DNA of 63,126 bases, counting the filler, from Atractiella rhizophila (lineage: Eukaryota), in the NCBI GenBank assembly GCA_021432655.1. It is 3 parts of 2 records of this genome, joined end to end, with 100 filler letters (N's around TTAATTAATTAA, not from the genome) between each part and the next. Parts side by side here need not be neighbours in the genome. Positions count along the whole stretch, not along the records: positions 1 to 20,299 come from MU271224.1; positions 20,400 to 40,074 come from MU271234.1; 1 more part is not named here. One strand, 5' to 3'. Below are positions 11,904 through 23,423 of this stretch, piece after piece. The position numbers and the translations under genes were made by a program. Numbering within the stretch: the first letter of the stretch is position 1; the number at the start of each line of letters is the position of its first letter. The notes under the pieces were generated by a model. It saw nothing but the letters and a program-made list of their open reading frames with translations. It ran no database searches and was not told the DNA's origin.

Positions 11904-13829
11904 GAATTGGTAAAGAATGTTAACGTTGAATACTCTGGAATGCTTTGGTGATGCTGAAGGAAACTAGGACAGAGCTCCTTCTTTTATAGTTCGCCTGTTC
12001 CCCCTCTCCACCAGGAATGCAGGAAACAAAACATAACTGCGGTCGAGCGCATGCCTGTGCGTGAAGGATTGTGAACTCCGACCTGCCGAAACAATGTGGA
12101 GTGCATGTGCATATGAGGGTGTGGATGGACGGTTTGTTGTGCAGATCTTGAAGGAAAAGAGAACGCTCTCTGGGTCATTCAGGATTTAGAGGCTACTAGC
12201 ACGGATATTGTGGAGGCTATGACGAGAATTTTACAGGCTATGGAGAGCTTGTTGGAAAGTAAAATTTTGTGCAGATCGAAAACAAGTGACACATGACTAG
12301 TTTGCATGGTGTATGAATACGAGTTAGTGGCGTCATTTGTTAATCTATGAATAAAATGCCGTAGAGCTTGCAACGAGGGGAAAGTTGTGTTTGATTTGGA
12401 GATATGGAGACAACAGAGAACTAATTGAAGAACATACTAGATGATATAGGACGGACTGACTATTGACTGAACTAAGGGAAAGTCACTCAAACAAATGCAT
12501 CTCCCCACCACGAGACTGTGGCTGTTTGCCAGTGTGTCTTCAAATATCCAACAGGCATAACTTAACCGCACAGAAAGTTAAGTGCCTGTCGTGGCCAGAC
12601 CAAGAAGGATGTCATGGTGCTAATGTCCAATATTCAATTGTGCGAATATCGAACGAAAGAAAGTGCACAGTGACGAGCAAAACTTCCTACTCAGATGTTA
12701 TAGCACGTGTATGTACCCACACAAGACGGCATCCTGCTGATCGTGAGGAGATCATGAAAGCATCTATTCAGAGTGTCAAGCAATAACTTTGTGGATCCCG
12801 CGATCGAGAAGTCTTCGTTGGCTGAATTCTGAGGACTCTCCAACCCACCTACACTTCCCTTCTCCCGTGCAATCACACGTTGGATGGCTTACTCATTCGA
12901 GTGTTCTGTTTCAAGCGAAAGACACGAGGCACCGTGAAGACACTCATGGATTCCTCCAATTCAATTGCTGTGTTCTTCTGACGGCAGCTGACGGCACATC
13001 TAGTGAGCGTGGGATGAGTGTTGGGTCAGTTAGGACATTGATGGAGCGGTGATATTGGTGCGCATGCACGTCCAACGTGACCCGAACGAGTTTGTGTTCA
13101 TCCTGATCAGTATTACTGACGAGAATGTAGTAGACTTGAGAGCATTGAAGGTTCTTTCTCTCATACCGCAGATAAAGTCAGACCAACCAGAGCGGGGGAC
13201 GGTCATATGTTTGTAACGACGTAGGTGCACATCTGCAGGATTTCTGAATACGAGATTGGCTCGTTTGAACGTCAGTAGAGCTACAAAGAGCTGTGGTACA
13301 AGAATATTGAATCTCAAAAAGAAATGACTACAAAGAAGAAACGGAAGACAAAGCGGTCTAAAGTTAAGTGAACCTACACATTCCAGTATGACAAAAGACA
13401 AGCTCCTTGTCACACAAAGATCTTGGGAAGTTGATAACAAAGCGAATAGTTTAGTTACCGTGGACAAGGTGTAAGCTCCTTGTTGCACAAAGGGATCTGA
13501 AGTTGATCAGCTCCGTTACCGTGGCAGGAGTCTTGACTGGCATTATTTGCAGGATGCTGCTGCGTACAAAGCAGTCCTCTCGCACCGAACGCTAGACATA
13601 AAAGGATCTTTCGCGCTCCATCCTCTAAACACAATCTTGTGCGCAAAGACGATTCAGGATCTGCACTGTAAGTCTTCGCGACAAAATATCAAACATCAAA
13701 ATGCCTTGGGTCAACCTGCATCCGCTTTACTCGAGCAGACTTACAAAGTCTAAAAGATGGTTCGTTCCTTCTATATCCTAGAATGAGGCTGCTTATCATC
13801 GTGCACGTCGCAGGGTTGCGCGTAAAGCG

Positions 13830-15282
13830 GTGATCAACTTGCCCAACGGCAGAGTCCACGATCCGAATTTACACCCTCACTATGAAGCTGACGATGCTCC
13901 ATTATATCCTTGGACGTCATCTACATTTCCAAGGCCGAGGGGGAGCCGCTACGACGCAGAGCTGCAGCGCCGGGTTGAAGAAAAGCGTACTACTCAGTAC
14001 ACAGCAAATCAATCTAAAGGTGACCAGTATGGCTTCAGAGAGGGAGCGGAACCCATTTATGGTCCGGAGAGGCCACGAAGTAATTTACATCGTGGGTCGT
14101 CCTCATAATTTTCACTTCAGCATAGCAATAACAATGCCCGTCAAGCGCGAAGAATAATCCAAAATAATATCCGAGCGTTCCCAACCTTGGGACGATGGGG
14201 ATGAGAAACATTTCCTTAAGCCCTTAAAAATGTTAGTTAAACGACTACTTCATGATGCAGTTGATGCCAGATGAATCGCGATGATGAAAGATAATTATCA
14301 AATAGGGAAGATTATCTTTGTTACCACGAAGAGAAAGTACACACTCCCATCATAAGTCGCCGTTGTGGAAATTTTGGTATTTTGATGTTAGTAAAAACAG
14401 GTTATAATTTGGCTGAAGATATTCTTTTGATGACAGTCTGCGCAAATATTCTGTGACTCACTCTCGCATTTTGAAGGATGTGCTGTGATTCACGACTCAA
14501 CCCAAGCCAGCATCTCTTGACCTTTTGATAAAGCCGCAAATGAATGCTGATCGAAGTTTTGAATATAATTCAGGACGGCATTGTAACTTGGACATGGTTA
14601 TTTGTGCGCGCACATAACTTCTTGTTCAATTGGTTGCTCGAATCGTTCTTCGAGATATCAGCTTCCTGGCCAGAACAGGCTGACAAGCTTTGGAACAAGT
14701 AGTTTGAGTGGAAAAGTGAGCTGTCCAATTGCATCAATGACACGTACATAGACTGACTGGAGAAGGAAAACCTTGACCCAGGGAAGAAGCAGTGGCCATT
14801 CCTTGGAATGAAGCAGGTGAAAGGTTGTGTGACATAGACCAATTGGTACACACATTCACAATTTAGTAGGCATCGTTTGGCACCGACGTGATGGTGTGCC
14901 CATCCTAGGACCACGAAGAGTGCGCCGGATCCTTCTAGCCGCCGTATTTCCGGAATTTTACACTACGCAAGAGGTAGACGCCTTACATAACCTGCTTGAT
15001 GAAGAACGCACGGCCAGATGCCGCTTCTTTGGGGAGAAAAATACCGTCCCAGATCGAAACCGTCTGGAGTGGGGATATAGAGCTGGCCAGTTTGAATCAA
15101 TTCGATGGGCAGGTTCTCCTCCAGATGACCCCTTGGGTCTCTCGCCATGGTGGGCGAGCGGTATTATGTCCGGGCTATTAAATGAGATGCCTCCGGAATA
15201 CATTGAGCACATTCGTCCTTATATGGAGGTTAAGGCGGTAGTTTATGATATGACTGGAATGGCAACGCCTATGCTGCGATAA
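13830..15282 (+). pseudogene. Degenerate gene of unknown family with in-frame stops
   Basis: The frame from 14571 reads QDGIVTWTWLFVRAHNFLFNWLLESFFEISASWPEQADKLWNK*FEWKSELSNCINDTYID*LEKENLDPGKKQWPF, and a 128-aa terminal ORF follows (14896-15282). Upstream fragments are broken. Confidence 0.45.
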
Positions 15283-16394
15283 AAGTCCATAAGAATGGGA
15301 TCCTGCTCTAAAATCGGAGTCATGCTGTCTTGTGATTAAAGCTGCCCATAAATGCGTTTCCCGCGGACGTACACTCTGTAGTCGACTCACTTCTGATAAA
15401 GTCTCAGAGGGCTCAGGTATGATCTTGTGCCTTAGCGGCTTATCTCTGTCCCCCTAGGCTCTAATTTTGTGCACTAAAGTTCCCGTAATAGAAATCCTAA
15501 CTGATTTAGTGAGATTCGCTACTTCGATTTAAGTGTTGTAAACTGGTATCTTCACAGAATTTTTTTTCTGCAAGAGGAGCAATCTCTTTCCACTAAACCT
15601 CCCCAGGGGTAGGGAAGTTTTGGCTGTCCGGATATGCAGTTGGGATGTCCATACTCATTTCACAGAAAAGAAACCCTTTCATAAGAAACAACGAGGTGTG
15701 TTCCGTATGAAGCTGAAAAAGAGGAGGATATCAGGTAACAGCGAGGCATTGAGTACAAGGATTGCTTCAGATGTCCTCATGTCAATCTTCACCTGCTCAG
15801 AACCGCCCTTAAAGAATGCTCTTCAGCCAATGGATGGAAACAAGAAACCGTGATGTGAGAGAATCGACGGGAGGAAACACTGGTCCACCGGGCAACTTCA
15901 AGAAGAAAAGGCACACCTAGTTTCTGCATTTTTCACAGAAAATGCAAGAGCTTCCCATCCAAGTCCAACCTCAATTACATCCGTCCACCTTGATCTTCAA
16001 TCAAGCATTCGAGCTCAGACCGCTCAGATTTGAAATTCAAAACTTTAAGTTTCACAGGATCAGGAGAAAGACAAAGTCAAGGCGCTGTCGATGACGGGCC
16101 AAAGCGGAAGAGAGGCGAGTGCGTATTTGTGAATGAGTACAGATTATGACTCAATCCTCTCATCGACACAGGCCGTCGTGTTCTTGACCTCGAAGCCTTC
16201 GTCCAAATGTGGATCACACGTTTGTCATGAACCAGAGTTGGCAGTGATGATATGAGAACGCCTTCACGAGGATTCAAATGAAAGAGCTTGTGATGAATTG
16301 GGGAGGAGGCGAAAAGTTATTAAATTGTCTGCTTAACTGTCATACAACAACCTTTTAAATGAACAAATATCATACGTCGAATAGAAGTTCAACA

Positions 16395-18594
16395 CTAATC
16401 CCTTTCTCCCTTCTTAAATCGTACCCACATCCCCCCGCGAAAGGCAATTGTCAGAGTGAGGAACTCCTTTATCTGGCCATCAGGAAGTACGCTGTCTGAG
16501 GGCTGTTTGTCCCACGCGAAGTCGACGCTCTCAAATGTCTGAAGCATACGCGCTACAGCATACGAAATTTCGTTAAGCGCTACAATAACCGATCAGCGTT
16601 GGATGAGGGGAGATGTCTAGCGGGAAAACGTGCCAAATTTCTGACCGAGACAGATTCTAGGACCAGCGCTGTTTTACGCGAAGTTCATGAGTGTCGCAGG
16701 ATGGTAGAAGGAGGAAGACGTACGAGAAAGCTTGAAAGATGAATGGTTTGGCTGTCATGCGCGAAACCCTCTCATCTATCCATCGCTCCGGATCCCAAAC
16801 GCGAGCGTCAGGTCCTAAGCATGGACATCAGCAACATTTACACGACGGAGTGAGCACAGACCCCAATAGTCTTCATTTCGCTGCAAACAACCAATAGGAT
16901 ACCGAATGGTGGAGCTATATCATTGATGTGAATATTAATTTCGCCAGTGCGAGGATGAGAGTTGAGAACGCACCCTCCTTTAACATAATATCTCTGACCG
17001 TCGATCACCCACACATCATCTCCAAAGGCGTACCTACTATTCCCGAATACGGGTGGATGGAGACGAAGCGCTTCATGTATTACGGCTCGAAGGTAACGAC
17101 AGTTCTTGAAAGACTCGTAATCCAACGAAGCAGCGGAGGAACCGAGATGAGTGAGGACCCTCCTGCCTTGCCTTGGCGTACGTGGAAGGGTTGCGCGCGA
17201 AGTTGTAGCTTGAATCGAGAGAAATGAGCTCATAAAGGATTCTTTCTGTGAATACGCACATAATGCTAGTCATAACACTCGTAGATGTGTCCCTAAACAC
17301 GTTCTCTATAAACAAAAGGGACACTTCGAGCTGTAAGAAAACAAACCTGAGGGCGATGAAGATGTTGAGTATTTCATCTCTAATTATTTGGTGGTCATCA
17401 GTCTCCTGCAAGAGGTGCTGCAAGAGATTCTTCCTCTTCTCTTCGGTTCCACTGCCGTGCGCACGCTCCTCTTTCGCCGCAGAGATGATGTCTTCGAAGT
17501 ATTCAGTGATGACTTTCATGACAGGTGTCAGCGCGCTCCCTTGCCATTCAAACAGCCTCCATAAGGGACCTGGTCCACACATGAAGCTGTGCACGAAGCT
17601 AAATGGGCAACAACCTACCGCGATCGAAACGTTTCACAGACAACTTTTGCGCCTCCTGAAACGCCTCAATAAACCGATTATTTCGCTCTTGGGCAGGAGT
17701 GTATGCCTCTCCAGCAATAAGGCTGTTCGAGCAGACGCCGAATAGAGCCTGAAGGGCTCGGACTAACATTAGCAGTCGGGTCCAACAGTCAGACATAAGT
17801 GACCCACATCTGTGCCAACATCCACAGCGAGACGACCAAACACCTCTTGCACATCCAGAGCTTCCCCGGCTTTGGAAACGTGTTCCAGAGCTGCGATAAG
17901 CCGCTCGGTGTGCTCTTTAAAGTGCTCCATGTCGTTTACCTCCTCCTTAGAGAAATGAGGACGCGTGAGTTTGCGATGGAAGGACCACAAGCTCTTCTGA
18001 TCGGAGTTGAAGACACCGGTCCCAAGAAAATCTTGAAGACCGTCCATGAACATGGGTTCCTTCCTGAAATTCATAGGTCAGTAAAATGCGTTAACGCAAT
18101 GTTGGCGCTCACCCGTAATTTTCAAAATTAGTTGCTAAAACTCGCTGTAACGGGTCTGGCTCGAATGTGAAGACAACCGAATTCCTGAACGACAGCTTCG
18201 ATCACTTTCTGGAGAAGATGGACGCCGAAGGGACGCACCCTCCCACCTTAAACTGAACCACCTTCCCGTGTTTCTTCTTCATTTCCTCGCTAGCACGCCC
18301 AGGCTGCATCTTCCTCAAACCATACATGTAAGTAATGTATTGATGGATGTCTGCTCCAGGTATCCAGCCTCGCCCATCAACACCGCGGACTGTGGGTATG
18401 ACCTTGGCTCCAACGCGTTGTGCGGCTCTGGATTCGGAGTATGCATCGAGAAGGATGAAAATGTTGTGAAGCAGGAAGCATAGGGACAAAAAGATAGGTA
18501 GGTAGGTAAGAGTTGAGAGCGACCAGTGGTTCACAGCGACCACAGTCAGTAAAAAGGAGGAACCCAGAGTCTCAAAAAGATTAAGCGATCTCAT
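16395..18594 (-). CDS. Cytochrome P450, CYP52 clan (CYP63-like), multi-exon
   Basis: N-terminal membrane anchor, FLGTGVFNSD..W..HRKLTRPHF, EALRLHPPV (ExxR), WDPERW, and a spliced heme motif FSAGPRICLGQKFA. Confidence 0.92.
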
Positions 18595-20299
18595 CTTGAG
18601 ATCTAAAGGGCAGAGTTCTTACCATACTATATGGGGAGCAGACTTATAAAGTGGGAGTAAGGGAATAACCCGAGAGTTATGCCCGTTGCGAAGACCTGGT
18701 GCCCCGCTGCCCGACCAAGTCGACCTTAATGGTGTTTACGGGTTTTCACGAGCCGTGGAGGCAGAGGATTGAATAGAAGTTTGCTTCATCTGTGGCACAA
18801 ACTCGCTCGGACAGTGGGGGATGTCGGAGAATTGACATCAAATTTACAACCTCATTCTCAGCATCACAAAGTTATAGACTTCGGCTGCACACATTGAGAA
18901 GTTCTCGTTGCCCGCTCGGCGCCGCAAAATGGGATGTAGACCAGCAGCGGTCTTGACCTTGTATGCTTGAAAAGCTCCGGTGACTTCACCTAAACACTGC
19001 CGGAGACAGTAAGACAGTACCGGCAATGTAGGTCTACAGCTAGTGCTGGGTTACTTTGAAGCAACCATGGGACATGAGCGCACGAGGAGCAATTAAATAC
19101 TTCAAGTTGAATAAGCTCTATGAAGCGTTCGTTCAGTCATGGAAACCAAACGGTATTTCTATATGCAGCCGTGTTTAGCATCTTCCAACTGTGGCGGGGG
19201 CTTCATGACAGCACAGAGAAGCTTGGATTTCAAGCCTGGGCACAAAACGTGCCTCTGCCCTACTTTTATAGCCAACATAGGCCTACTGGGCTACCCTCAT
19301 GTATAGTAGCAGGTAGCAACAGCGAACGTCTCCTGCTACTTTGTTCCGGATCAACCTGAGCAATCGCGGACGTAGAATCTCTCCTGGAGGAATGTCCTTA
19401 AACCAATATACACGATTCAACACATCTCATGTAGTGCAGGAAAGCTGCAGTTTGTTGTCAAGTCTTTGCCAAATGATGTCAAGGAGGCAAACAAGCATCC
19501 ATTCCGCTCCCACTTGAAAGGCAGAGTAGACACTCACCTATCGCAGGCTCATCACGCAATCATTATCCGCGTGCAGTGGCCCATCCAATTCCTAGTTCCT
19601 TAATGCTCAGAGTTTCACTCCTCGGTACTAACGCGTGGAATTCCTGCCTGTCTCAGCGCCTTACCGCTCCTCATTAACACTCGTTCCTCATTGCCCCATT
19701 CCCTGTACTAGAGATCTGCTGGAGAGATGAAAGCTGCTGGTAGAGTTTTGAGCTGGACCTGGTCACGTGCATTGGTTTGGAAGACGACGCGCTTTACTTT
19801 TCCAACAGGACTTTTACCTTTCTCTTTCACCTTTCTGAGTGTTTGGTCACTGTACCTATGCTACAAACTGCGCCTGTTTTCCCACGCTGTTGATTTTTGA
19901 GGGGTCGAAGCTCGCTGAGTATCTAAATCCTGCAATGTGACGCGTGACGCTTGAAGGAAAAGTATTGTGAGCAGGATTCGTTAATACTTCAAATTTCTCT
20001 TTCATGGGACCAACGTTGTCCACTGCTTTTGCTCTTCCATCGATACCCTGAAACTTCCTTTAATTGCTAAATGCTAACACATGCGGGAAATGCATAGAAC
20101 CATCAGAGGTCTTTTTGAACACTCGAGTCGGATTTTCTGGCGATAGTGATATCCTGGTATCCTGTCCAACTTGATCGTTATACACACATCGTTTGCTGAC
20201 CAGCACATAGCTTTTTATCGACCCCTCTATGGCACTGTCGGATCAGCAGCGCGTTCCTTTCCTGCACAGCTATCTGGTCTCCAAACCACCGTCTGATAT

Positions 20300-20399
20300 N
20301 NNNNNNNNNNNNNNNNNNNNNNNNNNNNNNNNNNNNNNNNNNNTTAATTAATTAANNNNNNNNNNNNNNNNNNNNNNNNNNNNNNNNNNNNNNNNNNNN
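20300..20399. other. Artificial contig linker N44-TTAATTAATTAA-N44
   Basis: Six-frame stop linker at 20344-20355 inside an N run. Confidence 0.97.
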
Positions 20400-20975
20400 G
20401 CAGACCCGACCTATCGGGTCCTAGATTCACCCTCTGTCGACTCCCTCATCTTCAAACACTGCCTCGCCATACGGGTCAAAGTGTTCGTAGACGAGCAAAA
20501 ATTCACCTACGAATCCGAAGACGACGGACTCGACGTAGACTGTCACCACTTCCTCCTCCTTTCCCTTCCCTCCTCTCTCTCCTCCGCAAGCTCTTCCGAG
20601 CTCCTTGAGCGGTTAGAGAAGGAAGACGAGGCTGTTAAGTCGATTGGAGCGCTGAGACAGTTCGTGAAGAAGAAACCGGGAAAGGTAGCTCGGGTGGCTA
20701 TCCTTCCTGAGGGAAGGGGGAAAGGGCTGGGAGGATTGCTTGTGAGCAAGGTGGTGGAGTGGGAAAGGGAGAATGGGAAGGTTAAGGAGCTGTTTCTGCA
20801 CAGTCAATATCTACCGAAAACAATTCGGTTCTATGAGAGGTTCGTCGACCCCCGTTCTATTAATTTTACTTCCTGTTGCTCATGCAGTTTGTATAGGTTG
20901 GGATTCAAAAGTGATGGTTCACCCATCTTCATGGAGGACGGTATGGAGCACATCAAGCTGGTGCTTCCCTTGTAA
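20400..20975 (+). CDS. GNAT acetyltransferase (ElaA/YjcF-like), 5' end cut by the gap
   Basis: IRVKVFVDEQ, KVARVAILPEGRGKGLGGLLV (acetyl-CoA motif A), FYERLGF after removing an in-frame intron, and FMEDGMEHIKL. Confidence 0.88.
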   Translation, partial: ADPTYRVLDSPSVDSLIFKHCLAIRVKVFVDEQKFTYESEDDGLDVDCHHFLLLSLPSSLSSASSSELLERLEKEDEAVKSIGALRQFVKKKPGKVARVAILPEGRGKGLGGLLVSKVVEWERENGKVKELFLHSQYLPKTIRFYERFVDPRSINFTSCCSCSLYRLGFKSDGSPIFMEDGMEHIKLVLPL

Positions 20976-21405
20976 ACCTGAAATATCGCGTAATGTAACC
21001 ACGGGAAAGTCCAAAAGGATGATGGGATAGATAACTCGATAAAAAGCGAATCACCATGAATTGCGCGGCATTCTCTTTCCCAAACATCAGAAACACACAC
21101 AGAAACAAAAGGAACAAAATGAAATCGAAGAAGCCGGATCACTCGAATTTCCTCCTTTCTCTTCAATCTTGAATCTTCAATCAGACAGAATACGTTTGTT
21201 CAGCGGCAGGGCACGACTGGTTTGGTTTGGTTGGGGTGGAAGGAATGAGAGTCGAGAAAAAACGTTCTTTGCTGCTACGAATGTTGAGGGTGCATGCCAA
21301 ATTAAGGGAATGAGAGAAAGAGAAGAAAGAAGAAAGGGTATGATCTCGTTGGAGATGTCGAAATTGAGCGAGCGGAAAGGAGTGGAAGGTTCAGGTGGAG
21401 TACGT

Positions 21406-22378
21406 CTACGATTGCTTGATCTGCAGCAAAACATCAATGGGCAACAGAACCCGAGAGGATGGAGGGATGTCTTACATTCTGGGTGAGCCACGAGAGTCCT
21501 ATATCGAGTTTCGGATGGGAAAAAAGTCAAAACATGGAGAGTGAAGGGAAGATGGAATAACAGACCTTCGAACAGCCCATCGCCTTGTAAGGCGTTGCTA
21601 GGGTGGCAATACCAGCTTCGATCCCTCATCTTGAGCAATCCCAATTTCTCCGTCACCTCAGTCGGGCTCATCGCTACACGTTCGCTTTAAAAAACAAACC
21701 AACATTCAAGAGGGAGGGAGGAATCGCAAAGACGGACCACCGGGCAAATCTTGCTTGTTGGCGAAAACGAGGAGCAGACAATCCTTCATCTCCCTGTCTT
21801 GCAAGATCTTGTGTAACTCCAACCGTGCCTCGTCGATCCTCTCCCTGTCCTGAGAGTCGACCACGAAAACTAACGCCTGTGTGCCGGTGTAATAGTGCCG
21901 CCAGAGGGGACGGATCTTATCTTGTCCTCCCACATCCCAGACGTTGAACCTGTCGTTTGATAAAATGAGCAGAGGGATGAGGGGTCATGATTGGAAGAGG
22001 AGAAGGACGCACTTTACGTTCTTGTAGGTCACCGTCTCGACGTTGAAACCGACGGTTGGGATGGTCGTGACGGATTGATTCAGCTTGAGCTTGTAAAGGA
22101 TAGCTGTGACCACACACAACACGAGACAGAGCGAACACATCACCCATTCATTCATTCATGCATTCATTCTCCGAGAAAAGAGGAAAGAAAGAACGCACTC
22201 GTTTTCCCAGCTGCGTCCAGTCCGAGCATGAGGATCCTCATCTCCTTGTTACCGAACAGCTTTCCTGCACCACCGCATCACCAAGTCAGAGTTTTGCGTG
22301 GATAGCCGAAGAAGTGAATGCGCATGGAAGCAGAATGGAAGGGCATGTACCGAGCGCTTTGGAGAGGGCGGCACCCAT
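21406..22378 (-). CDS. ARF6: ADP-ribosylation factor 6
   Basis: Spliced sequence [86 protein letters not shown]...NKQD...LSWLTQNIKQS*. There is also a 5'UTR intron near 22389-22451. Confidence 0.97.
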
Positions 22379-22737
22379 CGTTTCTGGCTATTAGAACTGG
22401 GGGACAGACACGAGTCAACAAACACTCTCTCAGCGTGAGGAAGATACTCACGACGTATACTTTTATGGTGACAGTGGTCAATCTCCTGAAGATGATTTGG
22501 GTTCCGAGTTCACGTGACATGTTTCCGTCCAGCTCCAACTACGACCTACCCTTCCGCAACCACAAACGTCACAAACTTCACGGTGGGCGTGATGGACTGT
22601 CCTGTATCGACGAGGGGTGGCTAGGCGAAGCTAGAGAGAACCACGAGTCAGAGGAGCTGGGGCTTTCGTCTTTGCCACCGTAACGAGCTGAAAAGAAGCC
22701 GACTGCACGCTTTAGCTCTGTAGCTCTGAACAGTGGG

Positions 22738-23423
22738 NNNNNNNNNNNNNNNNNNNNNNNNNNNNNNNNNNNNNNNNNNNNNNNNNNNNNNNNNNNNNNN
22801 NNNNNNNNNNNNNNNNNNNNNNNNNNNNNNNNNNNNNNNNNNNNNNNNNNNNNNNNNNNNNNNNNNNNNNNNNNNNNNNNNNNNNNNNNNNNNNNNNNNN
22901 NNNNNNNNNNNNNNNNNNNNNNNNNNNNNNNNNNNNNNNNNNNNNNNNNNNNNNNNNNNNNNNNNNNNNNNNNNNNNNNNNNNNNNNNNNNNNNNNNNNN
23001 NNNNNNNNNNNNNNNNNNNNNNNNNNNNNNNNNNNNNNNNNNNNNNNNNNNNNNNNNNNNNNNNNNNNNNNNNNNNNNNNNNNNNNNNNNNNNNNNNNNN
23101 NNNNNNNNNNNNNNNNNNNNNNNNNNNNNNNNNNNNNNNNNNNNNNNNNNNNNNNNNNNNNNNNNNNNNNNNNNNNNNNNNNNNNNNNNNNNNNNNNNNN
23201 NNNNNNNNNNNNNNNNNNNNNNNNNNNNNNNNNNNNNNNNNNNNNNNNNNNNNNNNNNNNNNNNNNNNNNNNNNNNNNNNNNNNNNNNNNNNNNNNNNNN
23301 NNNNNNNNNNNNNNNNNNNNNNNNNNNNNNNNNNNNNNNNNNNNNNNNNNNNNNNNNNNNNNNNNNNNNNNNNNNNNNNNNNNNNNNNNNNNNNNNNNNN
23401 NNNNNNNNNNNNNNNNNNNNNNN
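22738..23423. other. Assembly gap (686 N)
   Basis: N run. Confidence 1.

Noticed and set aside
12800..13750. Exon-like fragments on the minus strand (similar fragments at 18800-19450, 32950-33450 and 44300-45050)
   Set aside because: I could not build a consistent gene model or recognise a domain, so they are not called.
20344..20355. TTAATTAATTAA inside an N run (also at 40119-40130), resembling a piggyBac TTAA site
   Set aside because: Identical 100-nt N-linker design at both places, so it is an artificial six-frame stop spacer.
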